A stretch of DNA of 64,000 nt from Bacteroidota bacterium. Its GTDB lineage: Bacteria > Bacteroidota > Bacteroidia > AKYH767-A > OLB10. Of the stretch, positions 30,186 to 40,072 are shown piece after piece. The DNA is taken from contig JAHEYP010000014.1 in the NCBI GenBank assembly GCA_023251535.1, forward strand, positions 11,726 through 75,725, in the 5' to 3' direction. A model generated the notes under the pieces. It was not told the DNA's origin. It saw only the letters and a program-made list of their open reading frames with translations, and did not search any database. The stretch's first letter is position 1. Each line of letters opens with the position of its first letter. Position numbers and translations under genes: made by a program.

Positions 30186-31421
30186 ATGACCTTGGTAAAA
30201 GAACCTGCATTGGGATCGCATTCAGAATTGAACGTAAAAAAGCTGCAATTGCACTGGCTCTTGCAGATTACCAAGGCAATTAATTATAATTTGCCGGCGG
30301 CTCAGCTTTTTGAAATTTACGAGACCGTTATGCGTGATCAGCTGAAGGTTAAAAAATTATTGTTGTTCATTCATGAGCAAACGTGGCATAAAATGCTATC
30401 GTACGGACTCGACGAAGATTTTCATGTTGATCAAGTAGAAGAACGGCTGAATGAAATCAGTCAGATGCAACTCAATAATGTGGCGATGCCAGATTGGGTG
30501 CACGGATTCGAAAGTATCATTCCCGTATTTCATAATAACCAAGCCCTTGCTTATGCATTTATCGGTGGTACCGAGCATGAAGAGATTACGGGATTAAAAG
30601 AAGTTTTGCCTTTCATTCATACTATTACCAATATTATTGTTGTAGCGATCGAGAACAAGCGTTTAACACGTGATACTATTCGACAAGCTCAAATGGAGAA
30701 GGAGTTAGAACTAGCGGCACGAATGCAAAACATGTTGTTCCCTGCTCACCTTCCCTCGAATAAAAAAATCGATTTAGCTGCGACGTATCTTCCACACGAA
30801 TTAGTTGGTGGTGATTACTACGATTATATCGAATTGAATGAGCATGAACTGATGATTTGTCTAGCTGATGTTTCAGGAAAAGGAATTTCAGCGGCTTTGT
30901 TGATGTCGAATTTTCAAGCCAACTTAAATGCAAAAGCGCTTTATTCGAATTCATTAAAAGAGCTGATTCACGATTTAAATAGTAGTGTAAATAAATCGGC
31001 CAAAGGCGAGAAATTTATTACCGTTTTTATTGCGGTGTTGAATACACAAACGCATATTGTTAAATACATCAACGCGGGACATAATCCTCCGTTCATTTAT
31101 GCCGATGGTGAATTTGTTTTACTCGATAAAGGAACTACAGGACTAGGCATGTTTGAAGAGTTACCATTTATCCACGAAGGAATGGTACATCTGAAACCAG
31201 GATCTACTTTGTTTTGCTATACCGATGGAGTAGTAGAGCAAGAAAATGAAAGAGGTGATATTTTCGGAATGGAAATTTTAATGGATTTAATTAAAGATAA
31301 TGCCGATGCTTTTACCATGAAAGATTTGCATTATAGAATAATTGAATCCTTTACTAAGTTCAAAAACAACACCGAAGCAATTGATGATGTTACGTTGTTA
31401 AGCTGCCGATCGCTCGCTTAA
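30186..31421 (+). CDS. PP2C/SpoIIE-family serine phosphatase with an N-terminal GAF-like sensor region
   Basis: LADVSGKGISAALLMSNFQA PP2C metal-binding motif in the C-terminal half. Confidence 0.7.
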   Translation: MTLVKEPALGSHSELNVKKLQLHWLLQITKAINYNLPAAQLFEIYETVMRDQLKVKKLLLFIHEQTWHKMLSYGLDEDFHVDQVEERLNEISQMQLNNVAMPDWVHGFESIIPVFHNNQALAYAFIGGTEHEEITGLKEVLPFIHTITNIIVVAIENKRLTRDTIRQAQMEKELELAARMQNMLFPAHLPSNKKIDLAATYLPHELVGGDYYDYIELNEHELMICLADVSGKGISAALLMSNFQANLNAKALYSNSLKELIHDLNSSVNKSAKGEKFITVFIAVLNTQTHIVKYINAGHNPPFIYADGEFVLLDKGTTGLGMFEELPFIHEGMVHLKPGSTLFCYTDGVVEQENERGDIFGMEILMDLIKDNADAFTMKDLHYRIIESFTKFKNNTEAIDDVTLLSCRSLA

Positions 31422-32873
31422 TTTTTGAGCCGTATGGTCGTCGTAGTAGATTTCTAAAGCTACTAGTGCAGCTATGAATCCCCAAAATGGAACCGCCGCT
31501 TTTTCAGTATCAAGGAAGTAGTTTAATCCTCCGTGTATCCAATAAGTTACTAATCCCATTAATAGTCCTTTAACTAATCCTCTTGTGCTTTTGTCGTTGC
31601 AGCGACGCAAGAATTTAGCTGATCGTTGAATAACGACTGCGGCTATGAGAATAAAAGTGATTGGTCCAAATATGCCTTGCTCCGCTAATGGCCCTAAGTA
31701 TTCGCTATGTGATCCTCCTCCTTCAGCAAAGTTGGTACTGATGCCCGAACGTTCTGAGTATTTTTGATAGCGTCCGTATTGGAACATGTATGTCCCCGGA
31801 CCATATCCAAAAATCGGTTTGTCTTTAAACATCCTCAACGCACACGACCATCGATTCAATCGTTCAATATTTGAGTCGTCGGTTGAGATATTTCCAATCG
31901 ATTGCACGTGCGCCGAAAAATCGGTCGATGATGTTTTGTCGTTTCTTTCAAGGTACATTGTGATTTGTACATGAAATAACGCGTAGGTAATTACTACTAA
32001 TGCAATTCCGGTATAAACCATCCAGTCTTTAATGCGAAATACATAAACCAAATAACAAGCTAATCCTCCCGCTAATGCTACCCATGCCGCTCGCGTATAA
32101 GAAAGTACAATAGCAGTTACTAATAAGACAAACATTAAGATGGCATTGGTTCTTGCTTTCTTAGTCTCCTCGGGGTTAACAATTAAAGCGATTAACAGAG
32201 GAATAAAGAATGCAATTACTGCAGCGTAAGCCGTATGATCGTTGTAAAACGGAACCATGGCAATATGTGCGTTTTTCTCTGTGAATCCTGCGGCTGCTTG
32301 ATTAGCCATTGTAATCAAACAAACTATTCCTAAAGGAATCATGTATAGCCACAAGAATTTCTTGATGTTCTTGTAGTACGAGAATAAATACAATACCATG
32401 AAATAGAAAACCGAGATGTAGCAGAATCGTGCTAAAGTCGATTTAAACGATACCATTGGCATTGAGCTCGTTGCTGTTGTAATCGAGTACCAAAACAAAT
32501 GGAAGAATATCATCCAAGTTACAGGGTGATTCGTGATGCGTTTGTCTAATCCACCTTCCGATAAAATCTTTAACCAGAAGACAAGGAATAATCCAAACAT
32601 GATTGGCTCACTTGGTAAACTAACTCCAATGCCAATACTCGTTTTAGCAAGATTGATTGAAAACGGTGTTACAAATACTGCTAAATAAACTACTAAATCG
32701 AGACGAAATATCGTCATGAGTAGTAGGATAAGTGCAAAGGGTAGTCCGACTGAAAATAAATATCCTTTAATCAATCCGTACCCAATCACAGCACATATAA
32801 GTACTGTAATCGCATAAAACCAGCGAACCTGATTTTTGTCGAGTTGATAGAAAGATGATTTAAGCGGCTGCAC
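31398..32873 (-). CDS. O-antigen ligase/polymerase-like (Wzy/WaaL family) membrane protein
   Basis: About 12 TM helices; YTRAAWVALAGG motif; periplasmic loop. Confidence 0.6.
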   Translation of the reverse strand: MQPLKSSFYQLDKNQVRWFYAITVLICAVIGYGLIKGYLFSVGLPFALILLLMTIFRLDLVVYLAVFVTPFSINLAKTSIGIGVSLPSEPIMFGLFLVFWLKILSEGGLDKRITNHPVTWMIFFHLFWYSITTATSSMPMVSFKSTLARFCYISVFYFMVLYLFSYYKNIKKFLWLYMIPLGIVCLITMANQAAAGFTEKNAHIAMVPFYNDHTAYAAVIAFFIPLLIALIVNPEETKKARTNAILMFVLLVTAIVLSYTRAAWVALAGGLACYLVYVFRIKDWMVYTGIALVVITYALFHVQITMYLERNDKTSSTDFSAHVQSIGNISTDDSNIERLNRWSCALRMFKDKPIFGYGPGTYMFQYGRYQKYSERSGISTNFAEGGGSHSEYLGPLAEQGIFGPITFILIAAVVIQRSAKFLRRCNDKSTRGLVKGLLMGLVTYWIHGGLNYFLDTEKAAVPFWGFIAALVALEIYYDDHTAQKLSERSAA

Positions 32874-32879
32874 CGTTTT

Positions 32880-33857
32880 TTACGCTTCTAGTTGTTGTAA
32901 AAGTCGGTCGCGGTATTGCTCTTGATATACAATTACAATAACTGCAACTAACATCGCCGCCAATGAAAACATAATCATAATCAACGCACGCTTAGGTGAA
33001 TCTTTTTTCTCTGGCACTAGCGGAGGAGAAACGGTATTGTGGAAATCAAGATCTTTTTGAGAGTCGTTTATTGCAGCTTCGTAATTCTTTCTGTAATCGT
33101 TATAAGTTCCGCGAACTCTCCAAAGTGTTTCTTTCAAGAACATATATTCTGCACCTTTTTCTTCGAAGTTCTTTTGCATTGTAGCCATCTTCGCATTTGC
33201 TCCGCCTGACGCCATCACTCTGTAATATTCACGGGCGAAACTTCCAACTTGTTGCTCGAAATCGGTAATACCGTATTCTTTACGAATAGTAGTCATTTGA
33301 GCATCCAATGAATCCAAAATCAATTTCTCATGATCCATCATTTCTTTATTTACTCTCGCTGCTTCTAAAGCGCGAATGTGAATTAACGATTTCGCTTTTT
33401 GATCCATGAAATGAATTAATCCTGCACAAAGTTGTTGAGCCATTTTAGGATCTTCATCGAATACAGCAACTTCAATAGCTTCATATTGATTTTTTCCAAC
33501 GCTGATGTTGTCATCCATGCGTTTCATCATCTCGTACCATGGATAACCATTTACTGAGTCAATGCCGTAGTGCTTATAAAGATGATAGGTCTTAACTAAG
33601 CTGTCTCGCACATCTTCCGAGCTTAGAAGCTGTACCATTTGTTCCGTAGGCGTTTCTTTCGAATACGGTGATAAATTGGCAGGGTAAAGCACTGCTGATG
33701 ATTTATACATCGGCTTCATGATAAAAGGAAGCGTAATGATGAATCCGGCAATAGCCGATGCAACGAAAATCTGAAGCAGTTGCTTTTTCCACTTCTTCAA
33801 GATTCGTAGTAATTTAATGGTATTCAACTGATCGGTTTCTGGCGCCGCGTTGTTCAT
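32880..33857 (-). CDS. Polysaccharide chain-length determinant (Wzz/GumC-like)
   Basis: N- and C-terminal TM helices flanking a coiled-coil periplasmic domain. Confidence 0.55.
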   Translation of the reverse strand: MNNAAPETDQLNTIKLLRILKKWKKQLLQIFVASAIAGFIITLPFIMKPMYKSSAVLYPANLSPYSKETPTEQMVQLLSSEDVRDSLVKTYHLYKHYGIDSVNGYPWYEMMKRMDDNISVGKNQYEAIEVAVFDEDPKMAQQLCAGLIHFMDQKAKSLIHIRALEAARVNKEMMDHEKLILDSLDAQMTTIRKEYGITDFEQQVGSFAREYYRVMASGGANAKMATMQKNFEEKGAEYMFLKETLWRVRGTYNDYRKNYEAAINDSQKDLDFHNTVSPPLVPEKKDSPKRALIMIMFSLAAMLVAVIVIVYQEQYRDRLLQQLEA

Positions 33858-34010
33858 GGTACTGTAGATTACATATTAAGGGTCGGCAAAAATAACGTAA
33901 AAGAGGCTGCTTTCCTTGCCTGAACTGCAAAATAGATTTGTATGAAAATGAAGATTTGAAAGCGTAAGATTATTAATTAACGAAAAATCGTAAATGATTG
34001 ATAAACAATA

Positions 34011-35474
34011 TTATGCTTGTTCTGATTTGATTAATTTCACTAGCTCCCGTGGTCTGATGAGGTATAAAAGGAGCGAAATCATGAAGCAAGATGCTACTCC
34101 CAACATTCCTTTTATCATCCAATGGCCTTCTGTTGAGTGCAGGAAAAAGAAGATTCCAAAGCTTAATCCGATGAATAATAAATAGCGCAAGCCTAAATTC
34201 CACTGGAATTTAAATTTGAAAACGCGATGTGCTAACCAGATTTGTAATCCCGCCGTAATGAATTGAGTGGTCATACTCGCCGTAGCCGCTCCCAGCGATT
34301 GCATTTTCGGTATTAATATCAAGTTAAGTGCAATGTTCATGATCATTCCCGACATCGCTACTAAATTCAAATATTTAAGATTACCGTTTGCTGTTAGTAA
34401 TGTCCCGAAAATATAAACAGAACTTATTGCTAAAAAGCAACTCATAATTAGTCTGAATACTGCTGCCGATTCAGCTACATGCGCATGGTATAATAATCCC
34501 ATTATGTCAGTGCTGAAGAAGAAACAGAATGATATAACTGTAATAGCAGGAATTGCTATAAATGAGAATGATAATTCAACTAGTTCTTCTAGCGGTTGCT
34601 TCTTTTTTATCATCTGTGAGAACATAGGTAATAATAACCCGCTGAAGAGATAAGCTATCATATTGGATGCATCTAACAGTCGATAGCTTTGGGCATAAAT
34701 ACCTGCTTGCTCGGCTCCATTCGGCAAAAGTCGTTCAAGCATAACCGAGTCGATTCGGTTATAGAAGGTCATCAGTAAAATCAAAATTGCAAAGGGATAG
34801 CTTTGCTTAAGGATAATTAAGAAGAACTTAGGATTCCATTGCAAACGGTTGAGCTTAGCTTTGCTGCTAACGATCAGGAAGGTGACCAAAATGGTAATTA
34901 GGTACGCAAAGGTCTGCGCCCATACAAACCACTCAATCCGGAATTGTCCCCCAGTGCAGTTGCCCCATAATAAAACCGAACAAATAATGATCATAATGGC
35001 TCTGTCGAGTACCGAAATCATACTGTCGATACGGAATAAGTGGAGGCCGGCGATATTAGAACGGAGGTAGAGGATAAAGGAAATAAGCCCTTGATTCAAT
35101 AACAAGATTCCTAACATCCATAGCTGAGATCCTTTATATCCGAGTATCAAGGCAACGCCTAAGCTCACAATCGCATATACTCCTGCCAATACTAAGCGAA
35201 GCATGATAATTCCGCTTAAGTGCTTCTGCAGTAAGTGATTATGTTGAGCAATATTACGATTATTGAAGTTCGTGATCCCTATATCCAGTAAAATATTGAA
35301 TAAAAAGCTGAAGTTGAAGAGGGCAGAATACAAACCATACGACTCGGCACCTACAGTATTTTGTACCGCACGGTCGATGCCTAAAAGCCAAAAGGGCTTG
35401 ATAAGCAGGTTCAACAGTAGCAAAAATGCCAGGTTGGTGATAAATTTTTTCTGCATCACTTGATTCGGGCGCAA
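34011..35474 (-). CDS. Polysaccharide/oligosaccharide flippase (Wzx, MOP superfamily)
   Basis: 487 aa with about 12-14 TM helices and Wzx-like architecture. Confidence 0.7.
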   Translation of the reverse strand: MRPNQVMQKKFITNLAFLLLLNLLIKPFWLLGIDRAVQNTVGAESYGLYSALFNFSFLFNILLDIGITNFNNRNIAQHNHLLQKHLSGIIMLRLVLAGVYAIVSLGVALILGYKGSQLWMLGILLLNQGLISFILYLRSNIAGLHLFRIDSMISVLDRAIMIIICSVLLWGNCTGGQFRIEWFVWAQTFAYLITILVTFLIVSSKAKLNRLQWNPKFFLIILKQSYPFAILILLMTFYNRIDSVMLERLLPNGAEQAGIYAQSYRLLDASNMIAYLFSGLLLPMFSQMIKKKQPLEELVELSFSFIAIPAITVISFCFFFSTDIMGLLYHAHVAESAAVFRLIMSCFLAISSVYIFGTLLTANGNLKYLNLVAMSGMIMNIALNLILIPKMQSLGAATASMTTQFITAGLQIWLAHRVFKFKFQWNLGLRYLLFIGLSFGIFFFLHSTEGHWMIKGMLGVASCFMISLLLYLIRPRELVKLIKSEQA

Positions 35475-35518
35475 AAATACATCAATTTAGAGGAGATTTT
35501 GTAGAAAATCGATAGCAA

Positions 35519-36124
35519 ATGCTCAATCTTCATTATAATAACAGAGTTTTAGAGGCCGGTATCGACGAAGCGGGACGAGGTTGCTTAGCCGGCCCCGTGG
35601 TTGCTGCTGCTGTTATTTTACCTGTAGGGAAGAAGCTCGATTGGTACGAAGCGTTGAATGATTCAAAGCAATTACCCGAATCGATGCGTGATCGCTTGCG
35701 TACGCTCATTGAGCAAGAAGCTTTGTCATGGTCGGTCGCAATGATTAGTCCCGAGGAAATCGATCGTATTAATATTCTCAATGCAACTTATAAGGCTATG
35801 CATACCGCAATCGCCGGATTAAAGGTAGAACCCGAGTTATTATTGATCGATGGTAATCGCTTTAAACGGTACGCTGGTATCGATCATGTAACCATCGTTA
35901 AAGGCGACGGCAAGTATCTTTCAATTGCTGCTGCATCGGTGCTAGCAAAGACTCATCGCGATGAGCTCATGAAAAAGCTGCACAATGAATTTCCTCAATA
36001 TGCATGGGATCGAAATAAGGCTTATGGTACGGAAGTACATGTGCAAGCAATCCATAAATACGGATTAACCCCACATCATCGTAAAAGTTTTCAGTTGAAA
36101 GAACAACAAATGGCGTTGTTCTAA
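35519..36124 (+). CDS. rnhB: Ribonuclease HII
   Basis: GIDEAGRGCLAGPVVAAAVIL active-site motif. Confidence 0.9.
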   Translation: MLNLHYNNRVLEAGIDEAGRGCLAGPVVAAAVILPVGKKLDWYEALNDSKQLPESMRDRLRTLIEQEALSWSVAMISPEEIDRINILNATYKAMHTAIAGLKVEPELLLIDGNRFKRYAGIDHVTIVKGDGKYLSIAAASVLAKTHRDELMKKLHNEFPQYAWDRNKAYGTEVHVQAIHKYGLTPHHRKSFQLKEQQMALF

Positions 36125-36130
36125 TATCTA

Positions 36131-37480
36131 TTATTCTACAATTAGTTTTTGAGTGTATGTAGAATTTTCAGTTGTCGTTACTTTAACTAAATAAATTCCC
36201 GGCGATAAATGGCTAATATTTAACGTCGACTTTTCTTTGTTAGTTAAAGTGAAAGCTGATTGCAGTTTTCCCGTGATATCAAAAATGGCAGCTGACTGTA
36301 AATTCAATTTACTGCTGATATTTATCTCTTCTTGAGCAGGATTCGGGAATAGTTGGAAACTATTTTCTGCAGTAGCATTTTCTATTACTGATGTTGCAGA
36401 GTTTGAACGAATAGCAACTGCTTCTTTGCAATTGTCGAAGTTTCTAAACATATCAAAGTACTGCGCTCCGTTGAAGATGAATGGCAAATTACTAGTTACT
36501 AATCCTGTTACCATTGATACTCCAATCATGTTTGTTCCGTCGCTGTAATAGTATGTCATTGTGAAAGGATCGATGGCCGCTCCTCCGTTTAATACATATC
36601 CACCTTTTGATGCTGCAATTGGTGAAATGATAGTAACAGCGCCAGTCGATGGATTTATTTTTCCCAACTTAATTGTTGTTGAATCTACATGTGCAACTGA
36701 ATCACCCGGCACCCAAGGGCTAGGAGTATAGCTGATATGATTTGTTCTTACTAAACCATATAAAGCAGTGTCAGCGCAACTATAAGTGAAATTGTCGAAA
36801 TATTGATTTGTTACTGTTCCAATAGTGGCATTGGTATAGATGCTTCCATTATACATATCGAGTCCTATCAGATTTGATCCTGTAGAATAGTAATACACCA
36901 TTTGATATGGATCAATGGCACTTCCTGCCAATGCAAATCCTTGTCCAACTGATGAAGGTGAAATTTCTGTAATCACCCCTGTATTCGTATTGGCTTTCGC
37001 TAAATAAAGCGCCCCAACTGTCATCATTAATGTTGAATCGAAATAATTTCTTCTGGCAAGTCCGTACATAGCACTGTCAGAATTACAGAAACGGAAGTTG
37101 TCGAAGTAACTAGCGCCATTCGGATTACTTAATGTCGCTTGATTGATCAATTGTCCTGTGCTCAAATCAAGTGTATTCATCTTTGATGCACCAATGAAAA
37201 TATAGGTATTGTCATATGGATTTAATGCTGCTCCAGTAAGATTTATGGCATCGTTAAATCCTGTTGCACTAGCCGGTGTAACCACACCTGTAATGGTATT
37301 GTATAGTCCTAAGCGTATTGATGTAGAATCGTAAACCTGACTGATAATTGTAGAATCAAATGGGTTTACAACATACGAATAATAGTTCTGACGAGCTATG
37401 CCATAAATCGTATTGGCTGTTTGAGCCATTGCGAAATTTGCAGTAAGTAAGATTGACAGAGAGAGTAGGATTTTTTTCAT
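36131..37480 (-). CDS. T9SS-secreted hypothetical protein
   Basis: Signal peptide from the internal Met MKKILLSLSILL; C-terminal T9SS sorting domain (...GIYLVKVTTTENSTYTQKLIVE). Confidence 0.6.
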   Translation of the reverse strand: MKKILLSLSILLTANFAMAQTANTIYGIARQNYYSYVVNPFDSTIISQVYDSTSIRLGLYNTITGVVTPASATGFNDAINLTGAALNPYDNTYIFIGASKMNTLDLSTGQLINQATLSNPNGASYFDNFRFCNSDSAMYGLARRNYFDSTLMMTVGALYLAKANTNTGVITEISPSSVGQGFALAGSAIDPYQMVYYYSTGSNLIGLDMYNGSIYTNATIGTVTNQYFDNFTYSCADTALYGLVRTNHISYTPSPWVPGDSVAHVDSTTIKLGKINPSTGAVTIISPIAASKGGYVLNGGAAIDPFTMTYYYSDGTNMIGVSMVTGLVTSNLPFIFNGAQYFDMFRNFDNCKEAVAIRSNSATSVIENATAENSFQLFPNPAQEEINISSKLNLQSAAIFDITGKLQSAFTLTNKEKSTLNISHLSPGIYLVKVTTTENSTYTQKLIVE

Positions 37481-37605
37481 GGTGTTGATTTGGCTTATCA
37501 AATATAAAACAAAATGTTTTAACAAAAGGGAGAGGGAAAAGTTTTTTTGATGATAATATTTGAGATCGTCCCGGTTAAATTCGGTTTTGTGGCTATTTTC
37601 GCCCT

Positions 37606-38097
37606 ATGAATAGAGAGGAGTTGATGGCATTAGCGCCCAGTGAAAAGGTGGTTTTTAAGCAAAGATTTATCGATCATTGCCATGCTATTTTGAATAACAG
37701 GGTGGCAATGTTGGAGGAGGCCGTTAAAGATGCCCAGGATTCAGCCAATAATGAGGATAAAAGTTCGGCTGGCGACAAGCACGAGACCGCTAGGGCCCTT
37801 AGCCAGAATGCTCGCGACTTAAATGCTTCGGTTTTGGCCGAGGCTTTGCGTGAGCGCGATTTGTTGCTAGGAGTGAAGGATGCCGATTGTGCAGCATTTG
37901 TGAAGAATGGCGCTATTGTTCTGACTTCTTCATTCAACACTTTTATTTGTGTTAATTTAGGGAAAGTCGACTTTGAAGGGCTTTCAATTATGAGTATTTC
38001 TCCTTCAGCTCCCATTGCTCAACAGATGTTGAAGCTTAAAAAGGGCGACAAATTCAATTTTAATAACCGCGAAACGATGCTATTGGATGTGTTTTAA
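37606..38097 (+). CDS. GreA/GreB-family (Rnk-like) protein
   Basis: N-terminal coiled coil plus C-terminal FKBP-like Gre domain (ISPSAPIAQQMLKLKKGDKF). Confidence 0.45.
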   Translation: MNREELMALAPSEKVVFKQRFIDHCHAILNNRVAMLEEAVKDAQDSANNEDKSSAGDKHETARALSQNARDLNASVLAEALRERDLLLGVKDADCAAFVKNGAIVLTSSFNTFICVNLGKVDFEGLSIMSISPSAPIAQQMLKLKKGDKFNFNNRETMLLDVF

Positions 38098-38118
38098 TAG
38101 CTTTGTATCGGAAAAAGA

Positions 38119-38379
38119 TTGCTTATGCTAACCAATAACGATATCCTTAAGAAAATTCGTGTAGCCTTAGAGCTGCGTGACGACGATATTATTGAGATTT
38201 TAAAATTGAATGATTTCGAAATTACGAAGAGTGAGTTGAACGCTTTATTTCGAAAAGAAGATCATCCGAATTATGTGCCTTGCGGCGATCAGTTGCTAAG
38301 GAATTTTTTAAACGGACTCATTACCTATAAAAGAGGGCCAAAGCCTGATTCAGCAGCAAAAAAAAGAGGTGATTTATAA
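38119..38379 (+). CDS. DUF1456 (YehS-like) protein
   Basis: Duplicated NNDILKKIRVAL-type repeats. Confidence 0.6.
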   Translation: MLMLTNNDILKKIRVALELRDDDIIEILKLNDFEITKSELNALFRKEDHPNYVPCGDQLLRNFLNGLITYKRGPKPDSAAKKRGDL

Positions 38380-38395
38380 TCACCTCTTTTTTTGT
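38361..38395. terminator. Bidirectional terminator
   Basis: aaaaaaaagaggtgatttataatcacctcttttttt. Confidence 0.6.
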
Positions 38396-38404
38396 ATTTA
38401 TTGT

Positions 38405-38926
38405 TTATTTTTCGTCAGCACTCGGGCCATATAATCCCGGTACCGCTACATCATTAAGACGTAAATAAACCGAAAGTTGTCCACGGTGGTGAATAATATG
38501 ATTGAATACCATCGTTCTCAATACAACTCCTTTCGGTAATGTAAAGATAACATGCTCTCCGTTTCTTAATGTCCACATTTTACCGTATTCTTCGTCAGAA
38601 GCTCCGCTAAAAGCAGCCTTCGCTTGCTGATACATCTTTTCGTGTAGAGCTAATAACTCTTCAGTATTGTGAACTTCTGGAGTAGGAATATAATTAACAG
38701 AGAAATCAAGTTGATCTTGATTTATGGTTACAGCAGCCCATCCCCATAATTCGGCAACGTGACGAGCAAGGCGCTCCATCGACATCGATTTCTCATGCGG
38801 TTTGTAAGCAGGATCATTAAACGGTACTCGTTCTAGTATTCTTTTCGAACTTGCGAATTCATGCTCAAGTTCTGCTAGGTAGGATTGACTTAGTGACATA
38901 GTGATATGTTTTATTTGTGCAAACAT
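38405..38926 (-). CDS. DinB/YfiT-like (DinB_2) family protein; last gene of the metal-efflux operon
   Basis: Conserved-His helix bundle pattern (...HIIHHRGQLSVYL); 11-nt gap to the MFP gene; alternative start at 38899. Confidence 0.55.
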   Translation of the reverse strand: MFAQIKHITMSLSQSYLAELEHEFASSKRILERVPFNDPAYKPHEKSMSMERLARHVAELWGWAAVTINQDQLDFSVNYIPTPEVHNTEELLALHEKMYQQAKAAFSGASDEEYGKMWTLRNGEHVIFTLPKGVVLRTMVFNHIIHHRGQLSVYLRLNDVAVPGLYGPSADEK

Positions 38927-38937
38927 ACATTTTTTTC

Positions 38938-40068
38938 TTATTCTTCTGCTTTATTCAGCAGCTTTGATAGAAGAGCATAGGAACCTTTGCTTACCACTTT
39001 GATTCCTTCTTTGATTGTCTCTGAGGACATTAATTCCGTAAATCCATTTTCGGTAACGCCTGGCTTTACTTGAACTTTCCTGTATTTTAAACTACTTTCT
39101 TCAATAAATACAAAAAAGTCGTTTCCATGTTGAGTCACTGATTCATTAGGAACTGCTATCGCCATGCGCATTTCGGAAGCGATTTTTCCTTTCATCGTCA
39201 TTCCGGGAATAAGGTCTTTATACTTTTTCGCAAAATGACAATGTAGTTCAGCATTATGATTCTCATCGAGGTTTCTGTTGATCATATGCACTTTGGCTTC
39301 AAATTGCTCGTTTGGTAACGATGTTGTTGTTGCCATTACAGTCATACCTTCTTTAATCAAATGCAAATCATTTTCGAAAACATATAGCACCAAATGTGTA
39401 TCACTATCGTCGATGATTTCAAATAACGTATTCGATTCGTTGATTAGTTGCCCGGTGTTGATGCTGACTTTCGAAATAAATCCATCAGTAGTTGCCTTGA
39501 TTTCTGCAATTGATGATAAATTGTTTTCCGTTAGCGATTTCGCATTGACGCCTATTAATGAAAGGCTTTCAATTAATGATTTTAAATGCAACTTTTCAGT
39601 CTCGTATTCATTCTTTGCCTTTTCAAATATTTTATCACTACCCGTTTTGTCGGAGTTTAGTTTAAGTTGGCGATTATATTCCGCTTCCAACATTAAAACT
39701 TTCGATTGACTACTTAAATATTCCTGTTGCATATTTAGTATACCTGAGTGTTGAACAATCGCAAGCGTTTGTCCTTTTCTAACCTTTTCTCCTGGTAAAA
39801 CGTTTATCTTTTTTACTGATGCAGGAATTGGAAAGCTTATATAGATCTCGTTTTGTGGAGGAAGTTCTATTTTCCCATTCACAGAAATTTCCGGCGACAT
39901 TTCTCTTAAGCCCGCCGAAACTGTTTCTAATGAGATAGTGTTCTTTTGTGCAGCGGTAAGTTGCACTATAGTTTCATCTTTTTCCGATAATGTTTCTTTA
40001 GTTGGAGATGATTTATCACCACAAGAAATAAAGATGATGGATATTAGAATATATAATATGTTCTTCAT
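38938..40068 (-). CDS. Efflux RND periplasmic adaptor (membrane fusion protein, CzcB/HlyD-like)
   Basis: Lipoprotein-like N-terminus; coiled-coil hairpin plus beta-barrel domains; 4-nt gap to the RND gene. Confidence 0.8.
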   Translation of the reverse strand: MKNILYILISIIFISCGDKSSPTKETLSEKDETIVQLTAAQKNTISLETVSAGLREMSPEISVNGKIELPPQNEIYISFPIPASVKKINVLPGEKVRKGQTLAIVQHSGILNMQQEYLSSQSKVLMLEAEYNRQLKLNSDKTGSDKIFEKAKNEYETEKLHLKSLIESLSLIGVNAKSLTENNLSSIAEIKATTDGFISKVSINTGQLINESNTLFEIIDDSDTHLVLYVFENDLHLIKEGMTVMATTTSLPNEQFEAKVHMINRNLDENHNAELHCHFAKKYKDLIPGMTMKGKIASEMRMAIAVPNESVTQHGNDFFVFIEESSLKYRKVQVKPGVTENGFTELMSSETIKEGIKVVSKGSYALLSKLLNKAEE

Positions 40069-40072
40069 TGTT

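Noticed and set aside
33973-34203. A 76-aa minus-strand ORF and a 63-aa plus-strand ORF between the Wzz-like and Wzx genes
   Set aside because: They overlap the 3' end of the flippase gene and the 150-nt intergenic region, and their translations are low-complexity. They are treated as non-coding.
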